DNA of 15,139 nucleotides from positions 1 through 15,139 of the forward strand of contig CATQHZ020000004.1 in assembly GCA_958296135.2 (NCBI GenBank), read 5' to 3'. The position numbers were made by a program, and so were the translations under genes. The stretch comes from an uncultured Poribacteria bacterium. GTDB lineage: Bacteria; Poribacteria; WGA-4E; WGA-3G. Position 1 is the stretch's first letter, and every line of letters begins with the position of its first letter. Below, in pieces: positions 1 to 7,985 of the stretch. Below the pieces are notes generated by a model. The model saw only the letters and a program-made list of their open reading frames with translations. It did not search any database and was not told where the DNA came from.

Positions 1-936
1 CATCAAGGTGATGGTCACGATCAGATGGCTGGTGAATCCCGGCAGCAGATGCTTGAAGATGATGCGCCTTTCACTGGTGCCGGCTGCCTTGGCCGCCATG
101 GCATAGTCCTCTTCGCGCAAGGAAAGCAGCTTGCCGCGGACAACCCGGGCCAGGCCCGTCCACCCCAGAATAGAAAGAATGATGGTGATCGCGAAGTATG
201 TCTTCAAGACGGGCCAGGATCTGGGCAGGGAAGCGGACAGGGCCATCCACAAAGGCAGGCTGGGAATGGACAGCAGAAAATCGATGATGCGTTGAATGAT
301 CTCGTCTGTGAGGCCTCCGAAGTATCCCGAGACTCCGCCCAGCACGATGCCCAGAACCAGGCTCAACACCACGCCCAGAAGCCCGATGGAGAGTGAGATC
401 CGGCCCCCGTACAAGGTGCGACTGAGCAGATCCCGGCCGAGGCGGTCGGCTCCAAAGAGCATCAGTGGCGGCGCGTCCGGATCACTGGACCCAAAGAAAT
501 GCCGGTCAGACTTGAAGTCACCCATGACCGTGTATTCGATGCCCCGCACGAAGAACCGCAGAGGATACGCGGTTTCCTCAATGGGAAAGAATTCAAACTT
601 GAATTTTTCCTGGTTGAGCACCTTTTCAAAGCCGTAATAGTAGGGCCCCTTGAATCTGCGCTGTCCATCTTCATCTGTCTGGAACCAGCGGATCTTGACG
701 GGAGGCGCCTCCTGGTAGTCCTCAAAGCGCGTTGAGGTGTCATATGGGCTGAAGAATCCTGAAAAGATGGCCAGGAAATAGAGCAGCAACAGCAGCAACA
801 GCGAAACAATTGCCATGCGATGTCGGCGGAAACGCCACCAGATCAGTTCCCATTGACTGGCGTAGTAGAAGCTGTCGTCCTGTTCCTTTATCTCTGGAAC
901 CAGCGTGCCTTGGGCCGTTCCCGCAGTAGCGTCCAT
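1..936 (-). CDS. Peptide/nickel/oligosaccharide (Opp/Dpp family) ABC transporter permease, OppC/DppC type; 3' end runs off the window
   Basis: Not in the ORF track because no stop lies in the window; translated by hand from ATG at 936: MDATAGTAQGTLVPEIKEQDDSFYYASQWELIWWRFRRHRMAIVSLLLLLLLYFLAIF...LFGADRLGRDLLSRTLYGGRISLSIGLLG...WTGLARVVRGKLLSLREEDYAMAAKAAGTSERRIIFKHLLPGF. It has the OppC N-terminal W..F..H..A motif, the GxDxxGRD motif and the EAA loop, and is open to base 1. Confidence 0.93.
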   Translation of the reverse strand, partial: MDATAGTAQGTLVPEIKEQDDSFYYASQWELIWWRFRRHRMAIVSLLLLLLLYFLAIFSGFFSPYDTSTRFEDYQEAPPVKIRWFQTDEDGQRRFKGPYYYGFEKVLNQEKFKFEFFPIEETAYPLRFFVRGIEYTVMGDFKSDRHFFGSSDPDAPPLMLFGADRLGRDLLSRTLYGGRISLSIGLLGVVLSLVLGIVLGGVSGYFGGLTDEIIQRIIDFLLSIPSLPLWMALSASLPRSWPVLKTYFAITIILSILGWTGLARVVRGKLLSLREEDYAMAAKAAGTSERRIIFKHLLPGFTSHLIVTITLM

Positions 937-964
937 ATCGTGAGGTATCCAGCGAAGGCAGGGG

Positions 965-1963
965 CTATCTGGCCGCGCCTTCGTAGCGTATCCGCGGGTC
1001 CAGGGCGGCCAGCAGAATGTCGGAGAGCAAAGTGCCGATCACGGTCAGCACACTCAGGATCATGACGATGCTGCCGGCCAGGAACATGTCCTGGGCCAAG
1101 ACCGCTCTCAGCAGCAGCGGCCCCACAGTCTGCAGACCCAGTATGAGAGAGACCAGCACTTCGCCGGAGAAAATGACGGGCAGGGTCCAGCCCACCGTGC
1201 TGATGACCGGGTTCATGGACATGCGCACCGGATACTTGAAGAGCAGACGCGTTTCCGCCACCCCCTTGGCCCGAGCCGTAATCACATATTGCCGCTTCAG
1301 TTCATCCAGCAGGTTGCCGCGCATCACTCGCATCAAGGCTCCTGTAGAACTCAGTCCCACAATGAGGCAGGGCAGAACCAGATGTTTCAACATGTCAACG
1401 AACTTCTCTGTAGACCAAGGCTCTCCCATGTATTCAATGGAGTAGAGGCCCAGCGGCGAGAACTCCGTGAACTTGAAAATGTACCAGGCGAGCACCATGG
1501 CCACCAGAAAGCCGGGCGTGGCCAATCCCAGGAAGCCAAAGAAAGTGAAGACATAGTCCAAGATGGAGTACTGGTGCGTAGCCGAGTAGATGCCGAGGGA
1601 GACCGCCAGCACCCACGAAATAATCAAGGAGAGAATGGCAATCAGGAGGGTCAAGGGCAGACGTTCCGCCAACAGCTCGTTGACCGTCTTGCCCCACTGG
1701 AAGGACCAGCCAAAATTGAATCTCAGCAGAATGCCTTCCATCCAGCGCAGATACCGTCGCCAAGATGGTTGGTCGAAACCGTACATGGCAATCAGTCGTT
1801 CCGCTTCTTCCTCATTCAACTGTATACCGGTGGCACGCAGATTCTCGATCTGATACGTCACCCAGTCTCCGGGCGGCAACTCAATGACGGCGAATGAGAC
1901 CACCGATATCAGCAGCAGGATCGGCACCAGCATAATGACACGGCGGACGATGTAAGCAACCAT
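965..1963 (-). CDS. Opp/Dpp family ABC transporter permease, OppB/DppB type (332 aa)
   Basis: MVAYIVRRVIMLVP start, YGFDQPSWRRYLRW, ERLPLTL, KHLVLP, EAA loop RQYVITARAKGVAE and C-terminal LDPRIRY; multiple hydrophobic segments; lies between the SBP and permease C. Confidence 0.95.
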   Translation of the reverse strand: MVAYIVRRVIMLVPILLLISVVSFAVIELPPGDWVTYQIENLRATGIQLNEEEAERLIAMYGFDQPSWRRYLRWMEGILLRFNFGWSFQWGKTVNELLAERLPLTLLIAILSLIISWVLAVSLGIYSATHQYSILDYVFTFFGFLGLATPGFLVAMVLAWYIFKFTEFSPLGLYSIEYMGEPWSTEKFVDMLKHLVLPCLIVGLSSTGALMRVMRGNLLDELKRQYVITARAKGVAETRLLFKYPVRMSMNPVISTVGWTLPVIFSGEVLVSLILGLQTVGPLLLRAVLAQDMFLAGSIVMILSVLTVIGTLLSDILLAALDPRIRYEGAAR

Positions 1964-2008
1964 CTGGCAGGGAGGCCGGACTCAGGGGCACATTCTGTTT
2001 GAGTATGG

Positions 2009-2052
2009 AAAAAACGGACAGGCTGAAGTGCCCTAGGGCCCCCAACCTGTCC
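2009..2052 (-). terminator. Intrinsic terminator-like / mRNA-stabilising hairpin after the SBP gene
   Basis: Minus strand reads GGACAGGTTGGGGGCCCTAGGGCACTTCAGCCTGTCC-G-TTTTTT: a GGACAGG/CCTGTCC outer stem extended by G-U pairs and an inner GCCC/GGGC, followed by six T; begins about 10 nt after the SBP stop. Confidence 0.7.
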
Positions 2053-2061
2053 CATCAAAAT

Positions 2062-4065
2062 CTAGTGATCCTCGGGATTCACGTAGAACAGTTGCTCCAT
2101 GGCAAAGTTCTGTGCAATGGCATATCCCTCGGTTGCCACGTTGGCCATGTCCACCGACACAATCAGCGGATACTTCACGTTCTCGACGATCGTGATTTCA
2201 GGCAGGTTGGCCCGATGCCACGCATTGCCGTCTTCCTTGTACTGATTGTATTCGTTGCTGCCAGACACCGAACCCCAGCGATTCTTGTCCAGTTCAAAGG
2301 AGTCCAGAACCCACTGCGGTGGTTCCATGGCCATTTCGCTGTCTGGCGACTGCGTCATGTACACCCACCAGGCATAGCCAGCGCGTTGAATGGTGTCGCT
2401 GGTCCAGTTGTTGTCCCAGCCCTGATCATGGGCCCAGAAGACGGTGGCCTGCAGCTCATTGTTGTTGCGCCGCTCGGCCCACAGCGAGGATTCCAGCTTC
2501 TTGACCGAAGCGTTGATGCCTACCTCTTTCAAGTACTCGCCGATCAGTTCCGAAGCGGGCTCCAGATCCGGCGCGTGGGCACCGTGCTCGATCAGCATCG
2601 TAAAGGGTTCGCCACTGGGGTACAGGCGGAAGCCGTCGTCTCCCCGCTGATCCAGGCCTATCGCATCCAGCAGATCATTGGCCCGCTGCACATTCTGGAT
2701 GGACAGTTCTTCCCCGACCGTCTGCAAAGGCATGGTGGCATAGCCGAAATACAGGGACTCGATCATTTCATCGCGGTTCACGGCCAGACTGATGGCCTGG
2801 CGGAAGCGGACGTCACTGGCGATCGCCCGCCAGCTGGCGGCGTTGGAATCGTTGTCGTCGTTGTAGGTCTGATTGATCCAAATGGAACTGGAGTCCACAT
2901 GCATGTCCAGCAATTGATGCCGGTACCCGCCCGCGGGGCCGTTTTCCACATACAGCGGAATCTTGACCAAGCCCGTGCTTTCCCGCATGAAGTCAGCTTC
3001 GCCGACCAGGATGCCGGTGTTCACCATTTCCACATCTTCCACGAGCTTGGAGAGCAGCCGGTCAATATAGGGCAGTTGCTTTCCTTCCACGTCCACCTTG
3101 TGATAGTAGGGGTTCCGCTCGAAGATCAGCAGTCCCGGCTCCGAGGCTTCCACCCGCTGCCAAGGGGTCAGGACCGGAGACACAATGCACTTCTCCTGGT
3201 TGACATGCCAGCTCAGGCAATCCTGGTCCGTGAAAACCTGATTCCATTCGTCAGTCAGGTTCATTTCATCCAGCAACGGGCGCAGATCCTCGAGATCCAC
3301 GTAGGAAGTGTGGAACTGCTGCAAGTAGTGGGAGGGGCGGATCAGCTCGGTCCAGCCGTTCCATGTCTCAATGGTGAGGTTGCGCAGGAATCCGCCGTAT
3401 GGCGCATCGAAGTCCACCTGGAACGTGAAGTCGTCAATGACAGTCAGCGTCATGGGCGTGCCGTCCGGAGCATTTCGGGTGCGGAAACGCTTCGGATAGG
3501 TCGGGGTCAGTTCCTCATTGCCGTAGATGTCATGGGCGACAAAGGCCACATCCGCGGAGGTTACCGGTTCGCCGTCCGACCACTTCAGACCTTCCCGCAT
3601 GTGAAAGACGAAGGTCTGGTTTTCGTTGGAGACCTCGTAGCTGTGCAGGATGTTGCCCCGAATGCCCTGCACCCCCAGCCCGGGAGCCGAAAGCAGGGAC
3701 TCGTTCATGCCAACAAAAATGTCCGGATTCCAGTCCGGGCGAAAATGGAGTGTGCGCAAGGTGCCGCCATACACACCGGGCTTCCAATCCACATGCCCCT
3801 CGGGCAGCAATACACCCGGCCCGACCACAAAGGGCTCGTTGGGCAAGCGATCTTCCAGCGGCGGCAGTTCGCCGGAGGCGACCCGTTCCCACAGGACCGG
3901 GGACTCCAGGGGGTTGCCCATCATGTCGGACACCATTTCGTCTTCCGCCATGTCCTCTTCTGTTGCTTCGGAACTCGCGGCCGGTGCGGCGCCACCACAG
4001 GCTACCACCAGCAGAGCCAGCATCAACAGTGCGGAAATCAAGCCAAATCGCAACGTCTTTCTCAT
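2062..4065 (-). CDS. Family 5 ABC substrate-binding lipoprotein (NikA/DppA/OppA-like, 667 aa)
   Basis: True start is probably ATG 4065 (AAGGA upstream), not 4320: MRKTLRFGLISALLMLALLVVAC gives a lipobox with Cys23, then an Ala/Glu/Met-rich linker. Motifs include ESPVLWERVASGELPPLEDRLP, GVYGGTLR, MREGLKWSDGEPVTSADV, ERNPYYHKVDVEGKQLPYID and RFRQAISLAVNRDE. Confidence 0.93.
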   Translation of the reverse strand: MRKTLRFGLISALLMLALLVVACGGAAPAASSEATEEDMAEDEMVSDMMGNPLESPVLWERVASGELPPLEDRLPNEPFVVGPGVLLPEGHVDWKPGVYGGTLRTLHFRPDWNPDIFVGMNESLLSAPGLGVQGIRGNILHSYEVSNENQTFVFHMREGLKWSDGEPVTSADVAFVAHDIYGNEELTPTYPKRFRTRNAPDGTPMTLTVIDDFTFQVDFDAPYGGFLRNLTIETWNGWTELIRPSHYLQQFHTSYVDLEDLRPLLDEMNLTDEWNQVFTDQDCLSWHVNQEKCIVSPVLTPWQRVEASEPGLLIFERNPYYHKVDVEGKQLPYIDRLLSKLVEDVEMVNTGILVGEADFMRESTGLVKIPLYVENGPAGGYRHQLLDMHVDSSSIWINQTYNDDNDSNAASWRAIASDVRFRQAISLAVNRDEMIESLYFGYATMPLQTVGEELSIQNVQRANDLLDAIGLDQRGDDGFRLYPSGEPFTMLIEHGAHAPDLEPASELIGEYLKEVGINASVKKLESSLWAERRNNNELQATVFWAHDQGWDNNWTSDTIQRAGYAWWVYMTQSPDSEMAMEPPQWVLDSFELDKNRWGSVSGSNEYNQYKEDGNAWHRANLPEITIVENVKYPLIVSVDMANVATEGYAIAQNFAMEQLFYVNPEDH

Positions 4066-4220
4066 ATCTTTTTCCTTGTGTGCATGTGAATCAAGAGAGG
4101 GCACTAAACCGGCCGCGTCCAAGCAACCAAGGGCGACGAAGCAAGCTGGACTGGAATGCAGGCTGACGCTGGAACACACAGCCAACTTGGAGTGTAAAAG
4201 GTTTTCTTGCGGCCTCCGCC

Positions 4221-4250
4221 ATTCTATATGGGACGGCAAACCATGGTCAA
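4221..4250 (-). promoter_or_regulatory. Putative sigma70-type promoter for the left ABC operon
   Basis: Minus strand TTGACC (4250-4245), 18-nt spacer, TAGAAT (4226-4221); each box is a 5/6 match to consensus; about 155 nt upstream of the SBP start. Confidence 0.6.
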
Positions 4251-4262
4251 AAAGGACTCGAC

Positions 4263-4285
4263 GCATTGGATGCCTGGACCAATGC
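4263..4285 (-). terminator. Hairpin downstream of the MenC-like gene, possible weak terminator
   Basis: GCATTGG-N9-CCAATGC 7-bp stem about 45 nt after the stop at 4329; a T5 run follows about 9 nt later on the minus strand and overlaps the -35 box. Confidence 0.3.
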
Positions 4286-4328
4286 CCATGGCCGCCGGCA
4301 AAGGACCGGAGTCGCGGCACAATACGGT

Positions 4329-5453
4329 TCAGGCGTAGCAGTCACGGGCCTCGGTGACGGACCTCAGAGCCGACAGCGAGACCTCCACGCCCAGTCCTGG
4401 GGCCTGAGGCACTGCCACAGTGGAATGGGCCGACACGGTGAAGTCGGGACGGGCGATGTCCCGGTAAAAGTACCTGGCGGACGCCGAGATGTCCCCGGGC
4501 AGCGAGAAATTCGGCAGACTGGCCAAGGCCACGTTACACGCCCGCCCCACATTGGTTTCCAGCATGCCCCCGCACCAGACCGGAACGCCGGCTTCCTGAC
4601 AGAGATCGTGAATTTCCAATGCGGCCGTCAGCCCCCCAACGCGACCCACCTTGATATTGATGTTGCCACAGGCTTGAATACGCAGGGCCCAAGCCGCATG
4701 ATGGGGAGAGTGGATGCTCTCATCCAGACAGATGGGAGTCTGCAGATGCTTCTGCAGCTCCGCGTGCTCTACCATGTCCTCATGGTGCAACGGCTGTTCA
4801 ATCAGCAGCAGCCCCATGCCATCCATGGCCTTGAAGGTGTTCAGGTCGGCCAGGGTGTAGGCCGAATTCGCATCCACCTGGAGCTGCAAGTCCGGCCATA
4901 CATGGCGAATTCGCTCCACTGCGGCAATGTCCCAACCGGGCTTGATCTTGAGCTTGACCCGCTGGTATCCCGCATCCACATACTCGGCGACCCGGGCTTC
5001 CAGTGCGCGCAGCGTAGGCTCAATGCCCACGCTGACTCCTACAGGCACCTCGGAACGCGTGCCGCCCAGCAACCGAGACAGAGACACCCCCTGCATTTGA
5101 CCCCACAGATCCCACAGGGCGTTCTCCAAGACGGCCTTGGCCATGCTGTGACCCCTGACTTGCCGGAACAGCGCCCCAGCTGCGCGGGGGCTCTGCAGCG
5201 GCGTCTGCAGGAGGCGGGGAATGAGGTAGTCTGCCAATATGTGACGGGCTGTGACCAGTGTTTCCGCGGAATACCAGGGGCCAGACCCGACGACACACTC
5301 TCCCCAGCCCGACAGCCCCTGGGCATTGACGCGCACCAGGATGGAAGGGCGATGCGTCTCCCGCCGAAAGCTGGTTTCAAAGGGATGCACGTACTCCATG
5401 CGAATGGAGTGCAGCTCTACAGATTCGATCTTGATGGACGGGGGTTGAGACAC
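4329..5453 (-). CDS. menC: o-succinylbenzoate synthase / N-succinylamino acid racemase (NSAR/OSBS subfamily, enolase superfamily; 374 aa)
   Basis: GTG start with AGGGAG upstream. Motifs: PFETSF (20s loop), GWGECV, catalytic KxK in RVKLKIKPGWD, metal ligands VDANSAY / IEQPL / LDESI, second Lys in NIKVGRVGG, VWCGGMLE and LPGDISASARYF. Confidence 0.9.
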   Translation of the reverse strand: MSQPPSIKIESVELHSIRMEYVHPFETSFRRETHRPSILVRVNAQGLSGWGECVVGSGPWYSAETLVTARHILADYLIPRLLQTPLQSPRAAGALFRQVRGHSMAKAVLENALWDLWGQMQGVSLSRLLGGTRSEVPVGVSVGIEPTLRALEARVAEYVDAGYQRVKLKIKPGWDIAAVERIRHVWPDLQLQVDANSAYTLADLNTFKAMDGMGLLLIEQPLHHEDMVEHAELQKHLQTPICLDESIHSPHHAAWALRIQACGNINIKVGRVGGLTAALEIHDLCQEAGVPVWCGGMLETNVGRACNVALASLPNFSLPGDISASARYFYRDIARPDFTVSAHSTVAVPQAPGLGVEVSLSALRSVTEARDCYA

Positions 5454-5857
5454 ATCTACTCCCTAACATGGCAGGTATGGTGCAATGGATTGGATATCCC
5501 ACGTGCGTGATGAACAAGAAGGAACGTCCCGGGCGCACAAGGAGCGTATCCTTGCCCATCCCACCAATTCCAAGGGGATGGGGGTCCTACCAAGAGTGTA
5601 CGCCGTATCAATGATTTCTGCTCAAGGGCTGCACCGGACTGGCGACGACAACAACTTTACTGCACCCCCGATTGTCCACGCCAACCCGGAACCACTGCAC
5701 CCTGAGCTGCCAGCAGCGCGCCTGGGGAAGAGCGGAATGCCTGCTTGTGGGTCAGTTCCACGACGGCTGCCCGTACACGCACAATCCAGCCGGGCAGAGT
5801 GCAAAGGCCATGTGCCCCTCGGTTCTCCCGAGAATCAAAGGGCCGCTGCCATCTGCG

Positions 5858-5871
5858 GTGGATTAATCCAC
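5858..5871. repeat. Perfect 14-bp palindrome GTGGATTAATCCAC (possible operator)
   Basis: The sequence equals its own reverse complement and sits in non-coding DNA; function not established. Confidence 0.4.
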
Positions 5872-6012
5872 TGGCCCGCCTGCATGATCTCCGGCCCCGG
5901 CCGTAGACTGCAGCGGCGGCCTCAATCTGGCCTGGGATCATTGTGTGTGCAGGGGAGAGGGTAGGAATAGCACTCTTGCAACAGGTTCTCGATGTATTTC
6001 GGTCCTCCGCCA

Positions 6013-6741
6013 TCACGCTGCCCTGGGGCGGAGGAGGATGAGGGTGCGCAGCCGGTCCAGGTCTCCCCGCGCATGGATCAGGGGCCCCAAGGTAGGCTGG
6101 ATCTTCATGACCAGCAGGTCCAATCCCAGTTCCAGGGCCGTGGCTGGTGCAATGTGGCAGGCCAGCAACACCTTCGGGCAGGACTTCAGACTATCCTCCA
6201 CATGCGACATGCCTCTACCATTTCTTCCAGCTCCTGAGTCGTCCGCGGGACCTGCGGCGACAGGCGCGGATTAACATCCTGCAACGTCAAACTGATGAAG
6301 GACAGCAGACGCTCCTTGAAGTCCCGGTTCTGCAGGGCCTCCAGCCGCCACACTAGAATCGGGGCGGTGAAATCATGACGGTCAAGGGGAGCAGAGGGCG
6401 ATCATCCCCGAACCGCTGGGCCTGATGTGCCAGGAGCAACTCTGGTTGCACAGGTACTGACAGAAGCACACAGGGGCCATGCAATCCGTCCTACTCTGCA
6501 CCTCGGTCAGCAGCAACAACCCCGAGTGCATCTCAGTGTCAAAGGTCCAGGCTCCGTCACCGATGCAGGTCTGGTACTTGCGTCCCGCAAGAACTGGTGG
6601 GCAAGCGGAGTCAGAAAGGCCCGGTCCCCCGGCCCAGGCGTACCGTCACCGCCTGGGCTCAGCAGGCCACCATGTCCACAAACGCGTTGATGGGTCGGTG
6701 TTTCTGATCCGCGCGATCGGCATCAGCATCTGCCCCTGCAT
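6013..6741 (-). pseudogene. Degraded Rpn-family (Transposase_31/YhgA-like, PD-(D/E)xK) recombination-promoting nuclease gene
   Basis: Hand translation of successive minus frames: GRKYQTCIGDGAWTFDTEMHSGLLLLTEVQSRTDCMAPVCFCQYL (IGDGAW 6564-6547, EVQS 6504-6493; resembles the Rpn core R..D..W...LLE.QS..D..M..R...Y), then ELLLAHQAQRFGDDRPLLPLTVMI (resembles LPPVLPIVLY), then WRLEALQNRDFKERLLSFISLTLQDVNPRLSPQVPRTTQELEEMVEA, then MSHVEDSLK...(6210-6013). Three successive frame changes are each consistent with a 1-nt deletion. The 5' boundary is approximate. Confidence 0.6.
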
Positions 6742-6832
6742 CCCATTATATGCAGGGACAACGCGTGGCCATGGGACGGAACTTGCTGGGCCCAGGGGTG
6801 CAGGGTCTGCTGTCATCCGCGCAAGGAGCCGC

Positions 6833-6866
6833 CATTCCGGCCGGAATGCGGTCTCGGGCAGACCGC
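6833..6866. repeat. Tandem inverted repeats just downstream of the ATPase stop (possible terminator or 3'-end structure)
   Basis: Perfect 16-bp palindrome CATTCCGGCCGGAATG (6833-6848) abutting the hairpin GCGGTCT-cgggc-AGACCGC (6848-6866), about 15 nt after TGA at 6881; no U-tract. Confidence 0.55.
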
Positions 6867-6880
6867 GATGTGTCCACCAC

Positions 6881-7977
<1,097 letters not shown>

Positions 7978-7985
7978 GGGAGTCC

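Noticed and set aside
780-805. CAG/CAA-like trinucleotide run (gcagcaacagcagcaacagc)
   Set aside because: It simply encodes the poly-Leu transmembrane helix of permease C on the minus strand.
1999-4089. 696-aa plus-strand ORF, and similar long plus ORFs 4266..5510, 6944..7939, 10466..11581 and 11819..13255
   Set aside because: They lie antisense to well-supported minus-strand genes and have no recognisable motifs; typical shadow ORFs of GC-rich codon usage.
4066-4320. 85-codon N-terminal extension of the SBP ORF in the track (start 4320)
   Set aside because: The signal peptide and lipobox begin at ATG 4065 with an RBS; the extension overlaps the predicted promoter.
5629-5701. Possible degenerate CRISPR array (short repeats about 31-35 nt apart)
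   Set aside because: The repeat is only 7 nt, the period is too short for repeat plus spacer, and no cas genes are present.
5967-5993. CIRCE-like half-site TAGCACTC
   Set aside because: The second arm GAGTGCTAA is absent after the 9-nt spacer, and no chaperone gene is adjacent.
5485-6016. ORFs 5485..5964 (+, 159 aa) and 5657..6016 (-, 119 aa)
   Set aside because: No motifs, no convincing RBS, and Pro/Arg/Gly/Ala-rich composition typical of non-coding GC-rich DNA; a small novel gene cannot be fully excluded.
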